NCBI GenBank assembly: GCA_963840175.1
Contig: CAWIXU010000004.1
Coordinates: forward strand, 9,288-73,287
Direction of reading: 5' to 3'
DNA from: an uncultured Acidimicrobiia bacterium
Lineage (GTDB): Bacteria; Actinomycetota; Acidimicrobiia; Spongiisociales; ZC4RG35
DNA length: 64,000 nucleotides
In this document: one piece after another, positions 1 through 11,565 of the stretch
How positions within the stretch are numbered: position 1 is the first letter of the stretch
Layout of the letters: every line of letters begins with the position of its first letter
Translations under genes and position numbers: made by a program
The notes under the pieces: model-generated
Seen by the model: the letters and a program-made list of their open reading frames with translations, nothing else
Database searches by the model: none
What the model was told of the DNA's origin: nothing

Positions 1-400
1 ACTCGACATCTCGATTGACAATGCACCCGGCACCGTGATCATCGCTATGACCCAGGCCGGCAACTCTGGTACGCCTGGTCTGTTGGATACAGGTGACATG
101 ATCCTCATCTACTTCTCTGAGGATGTCGTTGTCGCTCCCGGTGCCACGATCCAGCTTCTCGACCCTGACGGAACCACCGCCACGATCACATGTGGCGTCG
201 AGGCGACTTGCGCCTCCGGTCCTGCCGACCAACTGTTGATCACGATTACGGTTGCACTGCCCACCTCCGGCGGGACCACGCCCGGCATCGAGAATCAAGC
301 CGAGATAACAGCGGTAGGCGGCATCACCGCCTCTGACAACGGCGCTGCGGTCAACACTGCGGATTCGAGCGTTTTCGGCCGCACATTCTTCGACTTCTAG
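1..400 (+). CDS. C-terminal fragment of a secreted/surface protein (Thr/Gly-rich, beta-rich). It probably continues from upstream of the window.
   Basis: ORF 35..400 has no convincing start. Its composition resembles the Big-like surface domains further downstream, and it ends 40 bp before an SLH protein gene. Confidence 0.3.
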   Translation, partial: LDISIDNAPGTVIIAMTQAGNSGTPGLLDTGDMILIYFSEDVVVAPGATIQLLDPDGTTATITCGVEATCASGPADQLLITITVALPTSGGTTPGIENQAEITAVGGITASDNGAAVNTADSSVFGRTFFDF

Positions 401-441
401 CAGTTGACTCCAACGGGGAACGTGAGCGTCCCCGGCAACGT

Positions 442-1154
442 TTGACACCCATAGTGTCGAGGAAAATTTCGTTTGGGTTGGTGGTCGTTCTGATGGGCCT
501 TCTTGCGTCGCCGGCACAAGCTCATCCGGTTCCGATCGACACCTCGAGCGTCGTGCCCGGCGACCACCCCCAATGCGGGGTTCACCGACATTGGAACCTT
601 CGACGCCACTACTCGGACCGCCATCAACTGCCTGGCGGCCTTCGGGATCGCGCAGGGCACCACTGCTGCGACCTATTCGCCCAACGCCAACGTCGCCCGC
701 TGGCAGATGGCGCTCTTTCTCATTCGTCAGGCCGAGGACCATGGCCTGACCGTACCGGCGCCGGTCGATCAGGGTTTCACTGATATCGGCGGGCAGGCAG
801 CGGCGACGCAGAGACGCGATCAATCAGGTCGCGCAGATGGGGATCAGCAGCGGGACGACTTCGACCACCTTTTCGCCCAACGACACTGTTACTCGCTGGC
901 AGATGGCGCTTTTCCTCTATCGACTCGCCGTTCAGGCCGGGGTGACGGTCACCGACGATCCAACCAGCGATTCCTTTAGCGACATCGGCGGCTACGGCAG
1001 CGAGATTCAAACCGCGATCAACTTCCTCGCGGACGGGCACATCGCGCTCGGAACCAGCGAAGGAATCTTCTCGGGCAACGTAAATGTCACCCGCTGGCAG
1101 ATGGCTCTGTTCATCACCCGGGTGCTGGCGGCCGACGGCATCACGCAGTCGTGA
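442..1154 (+). CDS. SLH-domain protein: signal peptide plus about three S-layer-homology repeats; frame disrupted.
   Basis: N-terminus MGLLASPAQA is signal-like. Repeated FTDIG...AINxLAxxGIxxGTxxxTFSPNxxVTRWQMALFLxR motifs (the SLH signature) appear in two overlapping frames, 503..979 and 837..1154. Confidence 0.6.
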
Positions 1155-1164
1155 GAGCGTATCA

Positions 1165-3255
1165 TGCGCCGTTTGCTCATCGTTTCGGCAGTTCTTGCGC
1201 TGATTGCGGGCTGATGGCACTGCCCGCCGGAGCGTTGGTTTCGGAGGCCTGTCCTTCCAACCTGCCCGCCGGAGCGCTTCGGTGACCTGGCCGGTTTGAG
1301 CACGGATGCTCTGGATGCCATCGATTGCGTTGCCCATTACAAGATCGCCGCAGGGCACCTCGGCGACGACATTCAGCCCCAATTCTTCTGTGCTTCGCTG
1401 GCAGATGGCCCTGTTCCTCACCAGAACGGTGACGGCTCTGGGAGTCGCCCTTCCCAACGGAGCCGGCCAGGGGTTCACCGACATCGGATCTATGCCGGCG
1501 GCGACCCAGACCGCCATCAATCAGATCCGCCAACTCGGAATCAGCCTGGGGACCTCCGCTACCTCCTTCAATCCGTTGGGCGTGGTGCCTCGCTGGCAAA
1601 TGGCTCTGTTCCTGAGCCGGCTCCTCTCAAGCGGTCGGGGTCTCGCTTCCCAACGGCGCCAGCCAGGGCTTCACCGACATCTCGGCCATGCCGGTCGGCG
1701 ACGCAGGTCGCGATCAACCAACTTCGCCAGCTCGGCGTCGCGCTGGGGACAACCGCAACCAGACCTTCTCGCCGTTCAGCGACGTCTTGCGCTGGCAGAT
1801 GGCGCTCTTCCTGGCCCGGTCGACCGAAACCGCGGGTGGCCTTCCGTTCCGATTGGCGGCGGCGCTGCCAGTCGACCACTCCTCCGACCTCGGGCACTGT
1901 CCCCTTGACAGTCACCGTCCGCAATCCCGACGGAAGCCTGGCCAGCGAACCGGCGAGTGGACGTGTTCGTGGCGGCATCGCTCGACAGCAACGGGCGCTG
2001 CGTGCTCGACAACGATGCTCATGTCAACGGAGGCGATGCCGGCTACCAACAGCAACTGCGTGCTCGACAACAATGATCCGCTCACCAATGGCAGCGGTGT
2101 CGTTACGGTCAACCTCACCCACGATGCGACTCAGGAAGTCGACACGATTTACTCCTGGACCGGCGAGGTCGGTGAAACGTTCGATTTGCAGGACGTCCGA
2201 GGCGAAGCGGCGGTGCAGCTCACCTGGGGTGCGGCTCCAACCGGCCTGACCATTCCAGCAAACGTGAGCGCCGGATTTGCTACGTCAGCGCGCGGTCAGG
2301 GCCCAACTGATCGGGCCCGGGGGCGCGGCAGTGACCCTGTCGGGTCAGAACATCAGGTTCACGGTGCAGCGCGGCAACCAGACGATTCTCACCCAGACGG
2401 TGATGACGGGAGCCGACGGAAGCGCCACTCTGACCTATGTCGGTCCGGCCGATCCTTCGGGAGCAGACGACGCTGCGGTCATCGACAACGTCACGGCGTT
2501 CTGGGACAAGGACCGGGACAACGTCGACGACGGCGCGGCCGAGTTCGACGACAGCGGCACCGTTACTTGGGACGATCTGCTTGCCCCCGGTTACGACCGC
2601 CTCTCTCAGCCAGAGTTCCTTGACGCAATCTGCTCGGCGAGTTCGCTTCGATCTCGGTCACCGTCCGCGACAAGTTCAGTCAGCCGATCGCCAACGCCGA
2701 CGTGACGTTCCAAACCGGACAGGCCGGTCCGACCGTCGCCACCACCAACGCCTCTGGAGTGGCCACTTTCCAGTACACGGTCGTTGGCACGGGCTTGGCG
2801 GACTCCGTCGACGCCAGCGTGGATCTCAATCGAGATGGCGACACCAACGATCCCGGTGACCTGGGCTTTGGTGGCGTCACCAACCTCATTCACTACTGGG
2901 TCGCGACCGCGCCGACGCTGGCCGGGATTGACCGTCGTTCGATGTGATTGCGATCAATGCCGGCGCCAACACGGTCGACGTCGTCCAGATCGGCACCGCC
3001 AACTACTACCGGCTCACCTACGACGCGAATGACCAGTTCAATGTCAACGGGGGTGGCTCGGAGAGCCTGGACCAGTTCGAGTCGGCATTGGTCGGTATGC
3101 TGCTTCCGGATCTCGACGGTCCGGGAGGCCAGGAGCTGATCGACCAATCCCTACTCCACACCTGCCGGCGCCGCCAGCGCGTTCCTGCTGAATACCTAGA
3201 GCACGCTCTGGCTAGCGCCTCGAGCGATTTTTGGGACGCGGAGCCGTCGCCGTAG
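1165..3255 (+). CDS. Large S-layer/surface protein with N-terminal SLH repeats and C-terminal Big-like Ig domains; several frame disruptions.
   Basis: Signal peptide MRRLLIVSAVLALIAG at 1165. At least four SLH repeats (TFSPNSSVLRWQMALFLTR, NPLGVVPRWQMALFLSR, FSPFSDVLRWQMALFLAR). From ~2280 the pieces read as Ig-like repeats (GSATLTYVGPAD, ASGVATFQYTVVG). Confidence 0.5.
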
Positions 3256-4292
3256 GGGCTCGGGATGTCTCCGAGGTCGCTCCCATCCGACTTCGAGCAG
3301 GCGGCGCGCCTCGGCGCCGATCCCGGCACCGGCCGCGACTCGGACCGCGAACGTGCCCATGACCTCGGGGCGTTCGGTCGAGTTGCGGACCACCACCAAG
3401 GGTCGTTTCAAAACCGACACCTCTTCGGCGATCCCTCCCGAATCTGAAATCATCAACGCCGCCTCGGCCTCGAGAGCCAAGAAAGTCGCGATAGCCGATC
3501 GGTTCAACGACCATGAGCTTGTGCGAGCAGAGGCTCCGAGGCCGAACTCCTCGGCCCGGGCGACCGAGCGAGGATGCAACGGCAGCAGGACCGGCAGTGG
3601 CAGCGAGGCGAGCTCGATTCAGAATGGTCGAGTACGTGTCTCGCGTCGTCGACATTCTCGGGTCGATGAAAGGTCGAGAGGATGAAGCGGCCGCTTCCAC
3701 GCCGATACCGAGCCAGAATTTCTCCTACGATCCGTGGGAGCAAGGCGGCGACCGCTTCGACCACCGTGTTGCCTGTCAACGCCACCCGTCCGCCGCGATC
3801 CCCTCGGCGTGCGAGGTTGTCGACCGAAGTTGGCGTCGGGGCGCAACAGAGGTTGCTCAGGTGGTCGGTGACCACCCGGTTGTGCTCCTCGGGCATCCCC
3901 CAGTCGTGGCTCCGCAGCCCCGCCTCGATATGACAGAGGAAGACCGAGCGGGCGTTGGCGGCGAGGGCTCCGGCCGTCACCGAGTTGGTATCCCCTTGAA
4001 CGAGGACGGCACGAGGCTGCTGCTCGGCGAATAGTTCGTCGAGTGAAGCGATGGCCGAACCGATCTGTTGGCCGCGGCTGATCCCGCCGACTTCGAGGAA
4101 GGTGTCAGGGGTTGGGAGGCCGAGGTCGCGGAAGAAGACCTCAGAGAGGTTGGGGTCGTAGTGCTGGCCGGTATGGACGACGAAGGCGGCGTCGCCCAGC
4201 AGATGAATGATGTGGGAGAGCTTGACGATCTCGGGCCGGGTACCCAGCACGACCGCGATTGACTTGGGTGGGAATCCGTACTGGTTGGTCAT
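3190..4292 (-). CDS. wecB: UDP-N-acetylglucosamine 2-epimerase (non-hydrolysing), frame disrupted near the C-terminal third.
   Basis: N-terminus KSIAVVLGTRPEIVKLSHII...HTGQHYD. C-terminal pieces MISDSGGIAEEVSVLKRPLVVVRNSTERPE and SPYGDGSASQKSLEAL lie in other frames. These are typical WecB/MnaA motifs. Confidence 0.8.
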
Positions 4293-4325
4293 AACCTCGG
4301 CCGGGCATGCTACGGGCTCTCCTCC

Positions 4326-5200
4326 TTGTTCTTGAGCTGGCCCTCATCGCCCTCATCGCCTACAACCTGCGTTGTCGCTCTGCTTTGGATGGAGAAATCC
4401 CGTGACGAGGGCCAGCGGCAGTCGCGCAGCCACCGCTTCGTCATCGTGATCCCCGCTTACAACGAGGAGCGCGTCGTTGTCGCCCGGCCGGTCGCCGATC
4501 TGACACCACAACTAAGGGAAGGTGACGAGTTGTGGGTGCTCGCCGACCGATGCACCGACGACACGGCCGAGGTGGCGCAGGCGGCCGGAGCGCGCGTCGA
4601 CCGAACGCTCCGAGCGGGCCCGACGGAAAAGGCACCGGCACTGGCATGGTTCGTTGCCAAGCGACCGCTAGTTAGCGACGAGGCGCTCGTCGTGATCGAC
4701 GCCGACAATCGGGTCCCCGGCAAGCTCCTCGATCGGTTCGGCGCCGAACTGACCGACGGGCACTCGGTGCTGCAGGCCTACCTCGATGTGGCCAACCCCG
4801 ACGAGTCGGCGTTGGCGACCGCCTCGGCACTCTCGTATTGGGCTTCGAACCGCATGGTCCAGCTGGCGCGGGCCAACCTGGGTTGGACAGCCGATCTCGG
4901 CGGCACCGGCATGTGTCTGACTTCTCGAGGCGCTGAACGCACGCGGGCGGATTCGGGACATCGTTGGTCGAGGACCAGGACCTCGGAGTTCGCTGCTTTC
5001 TCGCCGGACACCCGGTCCGTTGGCTGCACGACGTTCGAATCGCCGATGAGAAACCTCCCACGGCCACCGTCGCTGTACGCCAACGGTCACGCTGGACAAG
5101 TGGACGTCGTCAGGTCGCTCGCCGTTGGTTGGAGAAGGTTGTCAGCCGAGCGACAGCCGGCGTCGCTTGATCTCGCGCTTGCGTCTGGTGCAACCTTCGC
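4326..5200 (+). CDS. Family 2 glycosyltransferase with a membrane N-terminus; frame disrupted.
   Basis: FVIVIPAYNEERVV, VIDADNRVPGKLL, then DLGVRCFLAGHPVRWLHDVRIADEKP and QRSRW in a second frame. These are the GT2 DXD and QxxRW hallmarks. Confidence 0.6.
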
Positions 5201-5458
5201 GGATGGGGATGGCGTTGCTCAGCGCCGCGCTGGCCGTGGCCTCGGCTCTCGGCGCGTCCTCTGCTTGCCCTGGCCGTTGTGGACGGCGGTTGCGCTGGTC
5301 CAGTTGCTCGCCCCGATCCCGTTTCTGATCCGCGACCGGGTGCCGTCTCGCTATCTGAGGAAATATCCGCTGCTGGCGTTGCTCCCACTGCTCAAGATTC
5401 CGGGCACGCTTCGTCGCAACCGGGAGTGGTATCACACGCCCCACGGGTTATCGGACGG

Positions 5459-6380
5459 TTATCCGACTGGGCCCTGACGGCCCGGGGCGAGCGGAGTAGC
5501 CCGCGAACCAAGCCCGACGCCGTAACTCAGGTGCATGATCGCGATTGACCCAATACCTCGAGCAGCCGTCCCCGACTCGCCGAGGGCGAGCACCACGATC
5601 CAGACGACGATCAGGAGAAGCAGCGGCCACCAAATCGTGGTGAGCAGGCCGAAGGCGACCGCGACGACCAGGCCGAGAACCAGGGCTAGCGGAGCCAGCG
5701 GTCGCCATGACGGGAATTCGCCGTTGAGATAGAGCATGTCGGCCTTGCCCAGTCCGTATCGGTAGAACTGGCGCCACAGAGCTGCCGGTGTGGACCGGGG
5801 TCGATAGGTCGTACGGATACTAGGATCGATGAGGATCCGTCCTCCACGTTGGCGAAGTCGATAGAAGAAGTCGGCATCCTCGGCGACACGAGACGGCAGT
5901 GATCTCATCCCGCCGTTGGCGAGGAAAGTCTGCCCGGGTCATGGTTCCGAGATAGACGGTGTCACCTTCGGTTGGCTCCTCGGTGTGATGAAACGGCGCT
6001 GGTCCGATTCCGAACTTTCGAGCGGTAGGCCGCCGCGACCGCCCGGCCAAAAGCGTTGTCGCCTTGCGGACGCATCGGACCGCCGACCGCTGCGGCTCCC
6101 GAAGCGAGGAGTGCTTGCACCGAACGAGTTACGTAAGTCAGGGCCGTAGGTGGTGTGAGCATCGGCTCGGATCAAGACGTCGGCTGCGGTGTTGTCCGCG
6201 GCGAGGTTGAGCGCGTGCGATTGCAGGCGTCGGGGATTGTCGACGACGCGCAACCTTGGTAGGCGAACCAGCCAGCGGGCAAGATGTTCGGGAGTGGCAT
6301 CGGTGGAACCGCCGTCGGCGACAACGAGTTCCCACTCCCCGGCGTAGTCCTGTTCCTCAATGCTCTGCGAGGCATTCGTC
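5459..6380 (-). CDS. Family 2 glycosyltransferase; frame disrupted.
   Basis: LRVVDNPRRLQSHALNLAADNTAADVLIRADAHTTY (N-terminus) and EDADFFYRLRQRGGRILIDPSIRTTY plus a C-terminal transmembrane segment, across two minus-strand frames. Confidence 0.55.
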
Positions 6381-6450
6381 GATACTCCCGGCCTCGTTGA
6401 AGACCGGAAGCAACACAGCGACCGAGGGCAGTTGATTACGTTCTATCGCA

Positions 6451-7802
6451 ATGACGGATTCGGCCTGGCGCCAGCGGTTGTTTCTGGCAATGGTGGCGGT
6501 GCTCCCGCTTCATACCGTTTATCTAAGCGCCTGGATTTCGTGGAAGCCGTTCATGGTCCTCCTGGCCGTCCTGGCCCTGTGGGACCTGGGCGACGGCATT
6601 CGGCTCCGGCAGTGGCCATGGCACAAGCGAATCACGCTCGCGTTCCTTCCCTTGATGGTGGCGGTTGCGATCGGGTTCCCAGGTCCTGAGCTATCGCGAA
6701 CGATTCATCCGGCTCGCCTTAGCGCTTGTCGTCGGGTTCGGGGTGCTGGCAGTTACCGAGCGACGACTGCGCGGCGTCAGGAATGGGAGCGCGCACCCTA
6801 CGGGTCATCTTCTGGTCCGCGGCCGCCATGGCGGTGACCGGCCTGATCTTCTCGGTGCTGCTTCTCGGCCTCGGGGGGGACGAAGGAATCGACTACCTCA
6901 CAGGGTCGCGCGGTTACGACCTTCCTCTCCTCGACAAAATTGGCAAGCCCGCCTATCTCTTGTCGGGTTTCCTCGCGCTTTCCAACTGGCATCAGGACCC
7001 GGGCTATGGAGCCGCTTGGGCGGTCCTCTGGGCGACATTGGCCCTCATCGCTTCCCTCCGCGGCCTCGGAACCAAAAGTCCTCTGATCGACGGAGCGATC
7101 ATCGGTGTTCTTTGGTCCGCAGTGGTGATGGGATTCTCCCGCACCGGGTGGGTGGCGCTGGCCGTGTCGTTGGTTCTCGTGGCCTGGAAGGTGACACGGC
7201 GAGGATTGGTCAAACGGATCGTCGCTGCAACCGTTGCCCTGATCTTGTCGATGGGGCTTCTCTTCGTCGCTGATGTCGAGAATGTCGGGGGGGAGCTGCC
7301 ACTTCAGTTCGCCTTTCGGCTCCGTCAGGGCTGGGACCTCCTGGCATCGATCACCGGGCTGTTCGAGTCATCCGCAGCCTTCGAGGACCAGTTCCAGCCA
7401 TCCGAGCAACGGGCCGACGTCTGGCCGGAGTACTGGCAACTGTTCCTCGACCACCCGGTCACCGGGGTGGGCTTCGGGGTTGGCTGGGAAACCAACTCCA
7501 TCGGCCAGGAACCGCACAACTTGTTTCTCGAGCTCGGAGCAGAAACCGGGATCATCGGTCTCGTCGCTTTTGCGTTGTTGTTGGGCTTGATCATTCGCGC
7601 CGGCAGCGGAGTTCTCGGGGCGGTGGCGCTGACCGTGTCGTTCTTGCCTGCGTTCACCCAGACAGTGCTCTTCGAACCAACCTGGTGGTTCGCCGCCGGC
7701 CTGTTCTTGGCCGCGGGAGGGAAGTTCGAGGATGCCGCGGAGATGCCTGTAGAGTCGTCTGACGAGTCAGGGGTTGTCACCCCAAAACAAGCTGCTGCCT
7801 AG
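6451..7802 (+). CDS. O-antigen ligase/polymerase family (Wzy_C) polytopic membrane protein; one frame disruption.
   Basis: Many transmembrane segments. The motif HNLFLELGAETGIIGLVAFALLL is characteristic of the Wzy_C/O-antigen ligase domain. Confidence 0.65.
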
Positions 7803-7816
7803 GGTTTTGGCGCGCC

Positions 7817-9727
7817 TTGCGTCTGCCTGGAAAGCTGGAAGGAGCGATTTTGCGCTCGCCAATCAGACAACTCCTCGCTGTGATTTTGGCCTTCGGGCTT
7901 CTCGGCGCGAACCTGCCCGTCGCCCACGCGCAGACGACCGATCCGACGTTCACCGTCACCGGATCGGGATGGGGTCACATGGTGGGAATGTCCCAATACG
8001 GAGCGAGGGCGCTCGCCGCGAATGGATCTTCGGCTGCCGATATCACCGGCTTCTATTACGCCGGAACCACCGTGCGTCAAACCACGGACGTCGTTTCCAA
8101 CTTCATGGTCACCGATCCCGATCCGCTCTGGATCGGACTGTTGCAGAACCGGTCGACCTTCAACTTCCGCGTCGACGGCGCCGGACCGGTCGGCCTTTGC
8201 AAAGCCAACGACGGCGAGGGCGAATGTCCCACCCAATTCGCCCTCTCGGGAGAAACCTGGGAGTTCCGCGCGTTGGGCGGCGGTGCCTGCCAGTACTTCA
8301 AAGCCGGGGTGGCAGTTGGCAATCCCGGAACCTGTCGCGGGGCCCTGACCTGGGACTTTGGCACGGGAACGAAGATCTTCTCACCCGATAACGGGCGGAC
8401 ATATGCCCGGGGCATCATCCGCTTCCGTCCGGCCGGAGCCGGATTCCATGTGGTTCTCGAAATCAACATGGAGGGATATCTCTATGGGCTGGGGGAGATG
8501 CCCTCGAGCTGGCCGATGGCGGCGATGCAGGCCCAGGCGATCGCGGCGCGCACCTACGCCTTGCGACAGGCATTGCGATACGGGCCGGAAGAGACGCTTG
8601 ACGCCTCCCGGCAGGCGACCTGTTGGTGTCAGCTGGTCTCCACGGTGGCCGATCAGGCGTACGTGGGTTGGGGCAAGGAGGTGGAGTCGCAAGGAAACCG
8701 GTGGGTCGAGGCAGTCAACACCAGTGCCGGCCAAGTGATCACCCACCCCCAAGCACCGGACTCGACAGTGATCGTCGCCTACTACGCCTCCTCCACGGGA
8801 GGCCACACCGATAGGAATGTCGAGGGCTTGGGCCACACCAATCCCTTGCCTTATCTGGTGGCGACGCCCGACCCCTGGTCCGTGTCAGCCGCCGCGGCTA
8901 ACCCTTTCGCGACCTGGACGCGCACGCTGACCGCAGCCGAGATCGCCACGGCCTTCGGGCTGGAATCAGTCACAGGCGTGGAGGTGACCCGACGCAATGG
9001 CTCCGGTACGGTGGCAGAGGTCACCATTGCCGGCACGCTTGGCGGACAGTCGACACTTCTTGTGCGCAGCGGCCGTAGTTTTCGTGATGCGTTTGCGATG
9101 CGTTCCACTGCCTACGCGATCAGCGGCGGGAGCGGGATCGGGACCGCCATCTGTGACGGCGTACCGCCCCCGGCGGGGTTCACCGATGTCGCGGTCGGCA
9201 ACATCCATTCCGAGGGAATCAACTGCCTGGCCGCCCTGGAGATCACCACCGGGACCACCGCCACCACGTTCTCGCCCGCCCAGGCGGTGAGCAGGTGGCA
9301 GATGGCAGTCTTCTTGATCCGCACCGCTCACGCCCTCGGGATTGCGGTGCCGGCACCCGTGCCGCAGGGATTCACGGACCTAACCGGCATGGCTCTCACC
9401 ACCGTCGATGCGATCAACCAGCTCAAACAACTCGGGGTCACCTCGGGAACGACCCCGACGACCTTTGCCCCCAACGCCAGCGTGTCCCGCTGGCAAATGG
9501 CGCATTTCCTCACCCGTCTTTTCGCGATCGCCGGCGGCGCACCGGCCGGAGCTGGCGCAAGCTTCAGTGATCTCAACGGCCTGAGCCCCGAGACGATCGC
9601 GGCGATTGGCCAGCTGGCCGGTCTGGGGATCACGCTCGGGACGGGTCCCGGGACCTTCGGCCCCAACGACGTGGTCACCCGCGAACAGATGGCGACCTTC
9701 CTCACCCGCCTGATCCGGCTCCTTTAG
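7817..9727 (+). CDS. SpoIID/LytB-domain protein with three C-terminal SLH domains (a fusion of an amidase-enhancer domain to a cell-wall anchor).
   Basis: Signal peptide; GWGHMVGMSQYGARALA and YYASSTGGHTD (SpoIID/LytB motifs); three C-terminal SLH repeats (TFSPAQAVSRWQMAVFLIRT, FAPNASVSRWQMAHFLTRL, FGPNDVVTREQMATFLTRL). Continuous ORF. Confidence 0.75.
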   Translation: MRLPGKLEGAILRSPIRQLLAVILAFGLLGANLPVAHAQTTDPTFTVTGSGWGHMVGMSQYGARALAANGSSAADITGFYYAGTTVRQTTDVVSNFMVTDPDPLWIGLLQNRSTFNFRVDGAGPVGLCKANDGEGECPTQFALSGETWEFRALGGGACQYFKAGVAVGNPGTCRGALTWDFGTGTKIFSPDNGRTYARGIIRFRPAGAGFHVVLEINMEGYLYGLGEMPSSWPMAAMQAQAIAARTYALRQALRYGPEETLDASRQATCWCQLVSTVADQAYVGWGKEVESQGNRWVEAVNTSAGQVITHPQAPDSTVIVAYYASSTGGHTDRNVEGLGHTNPLPYLVATPDPWSVSAAAANPFATWTRTLTAAEIATAFGLESVTGVEVTRRNGSGTVAEVTIAGTLGGQSTLLVRSGRSFRDAFAMRSTAYAISGGSGIGTAICDGVPPPAGFTDVAVGNIHSEGINCLAALEITTGTTATTFSPAQAVSRWQMAVFLIRTAHALGIAVPAPVPQGFTDLTGMALTTVDAINQLKQLGVTSGTTPTTFAPNASVSRWQMAHFLTRLFAIAGGAPAGAGASFSDLNGLSPETIAAIGQLAGLGITLGTGPGTFGPNDVVTREQMATFLTRLIRLL

Positions 9728-9775
9728 TCCTATTTCCTCTGTAGGGAGAGTTGGGCGCGGCCGATTGATGACAGG

Positions 9776-10960
9776 ATGGCGGTTGTTGGCAATGGACCCG
9801 AAACAGAGTGCAGGCGTGACGTCGAAGAGCTGGACTCACCGCGGGGCTTCAAGGCACCGGGCACTGCTCGCATGATCGCCGGCTCGCTGGTCGGCGCGGT
9901 GGCGGCCTACCTCTTCCAGGTGCGTCGGCGTGCGCAGCGTCTGGGGACGGAAGCCTTCGCGCCGATCGCCGTCCTGTGGACCGTCTTCTTCATCGTCGCC
10001 ACTGTGATCGTCTGATTCCTCTGGAGCATTTCGTGACCCGCGAGGTGGGGCGAGGACGACGGGTGCTGCGTTCGGATCGAGCGGCGATGATCCTCTGATC
10101 CTCCTCTCACCGGCAACGCTGATCGCGGCTGTTCGTATTATCTGATGCGGGACCGCCTCTTTGCCGGCGAGTCGATCTTTGCGTTCCAGGCCTTCCTTCT
10201 GACGATCGGGTTTGGATTGATGCAGGTCGGCAAAGGCATCCTGGCCGGACATCGGCAGTTTGCTCGTTACGGGGCGCGTCCTGGGCTCGAAGGAATCATA
10301 CGGCTCTTGGCGGCCGTCATCTTCCTCGCGCTGTCGGCCAGCGCCGTCTCGCTCGGTTGGGCCATGGTGGCCGCGCCTCTCGGCGATCTTCTTCGTCACG
10401 ACCCTGGAGCCACGATCGGGAGACCGTCGCCGGAGTCGTCGCGACGCCGGCCCGCGGGTTCTTGTCTTCTTACGTTGCGGGCGCGGCAGCTTCCCAGCTT
10501 CTACTGGCCGGAGCCCCGCTCGCGGTAGCAGCTCTCGGTGGCAACGAGCATCTGCGTAGCGTCATGTTCGTCACCTTCACTCTGTATCGGGCGCCGCTGA
10601 CGCTGATTTACAACCTGCAGGGCCGAGTTCTTTCACTCCTGGTCCGCCTCGAAAACGGCGACGCGATTCGACGTCTGGATCGACCAGGGTGGCGACCTTC
10701 GGAGTCGGCATGATCGCGGTCGCCGGTCTGGTCGGATGGTTGGTCGGGCCGGCCGTCGTCGAGCTGCTTTACGGGCAGGATGCTCGTCCGATCGCACTCG
10801 TCGCAGCTTGTGCGGCGGCCGGCGTTATCGCCGCCTCGATCACGCAGATCCTTTCGCAGGCGCTGGTGGCGGGAGGATCAACCGGCGAGTTGGCCGGCGC
10901 GTGGGTCGGCGGCCTCGTCGTCGGGCTGGGGACGATGGCGCTTCTGGAACGGGCCTCCCG
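9776..10960 (+). CDS. Polysaccharide biosynthesis/export membrane protein (MOP-superfamily flippase, Wzx/MurJ-like), fragmented over at least four frames.
   Basis: Successive hydrophobic pieces (LVGAVAAYLFQ..., FQAFLLTIGFGLMQ..., LLAGAPLAVAALGG..., VGMIAVAGLVGWLVGPAVVELLYG...) with flippase-like character and no soluble domain. Confidence 0.4.
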
Positions 10961-11029
10961 ACGTGCGAGTGGCGGTCGGCTTCCTCGCCGGCGGAGGTTG
11001 TTCGCCCTGGCTTTGGCGACTTGGCGCAT

Positions 11030-11450
11030 TCTCCGTCCGCGTTGACATCCACTCGATATGCGCTCGCCGCAATGCCGGCGACATTCTCTTGATGGCCCCG
11101 TCATCGAGGGGTTGAATTCGGTCCCGAGCGATGATCACGTTCCCGTCGAGGTGAACGAGCCCGGCTGATAGCAAAGTCGAGAGGTGCAAGGGCCGCCGTA
11201 GGGAGTTGCCGCGGAAACCTGCTTGCACGATGCGCAACAGGTCAGCGATCGCTTCTACGCCCAGAACTGCGGACCAAAATCTCCGGACGTACAGATCGGT
11301 TGGGGCGAACCCGGACTCGCTTTTCATGATGGAGACGAGATAGAGCGGACGGCGGGCGACTGTCGGTCGGAGCGCCTCGTCCGGAAGCGGTGCGGCCAAT
11401 GTTGCATAGGGAGGACATGGCAACGGCTTCCGGGACGAGACACTCCTCAC
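11030..11450 (-). CDS. Hypothetical protein, possibly a winged-helix regulator-like fold.
   Basis: Minus ORF 10878..11450. The central part LYLVSIMKSESGFAPTDLYVRRFWSAVLGVEAIADLLRIVQAGF...PLHLSTLLSAGLVHLDGNVIIARDRI looks protein-like; the tail is low complexity. No family recognised. Confidence 0.25.
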
Positions 11451-11565
11451 GCTTACGAAGTATCAAGAACCGTTAACTACCGTCAAGTCCCTTAGAAACC
11501 TTCTTTTCGCGACTTCTGGATGCTTCAGCTTCTCCCCGGAGCGGGGATAGCGCGCGATCGCGTTT

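Noticed and set aside
442-2300. Apparent nucleotide-level tandem repetition (TCGCTGGCAGATGGC... recurring about every 180-200 bp), considered as a candidate CRISPR or satellite.
   Set aside because: The period corresponds to repeated SLH protein domains (TRWQMALFL). The spacer regions are not unique and the repeats are not identical in DNA, so this is protein-domain repetition, not CRISPR.
4441-5388. Cluster of Arg/Pro-rich minus-strand ORFs (4441..4647, 4668..5099, 5110..5388).
   Set aside because: They are antisense to the GT2 gene at 4326-5200. None has a recognisable domain.
9836-10399. 187-aa highly charged minus-strand ORF (Arg/Asp/Glu-rich).
   Set aside because: It is antisense to the hydrophobic flippase-like gene pieces. 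Its composition is what a GC-rich antisense frame gives, and no motif is present.
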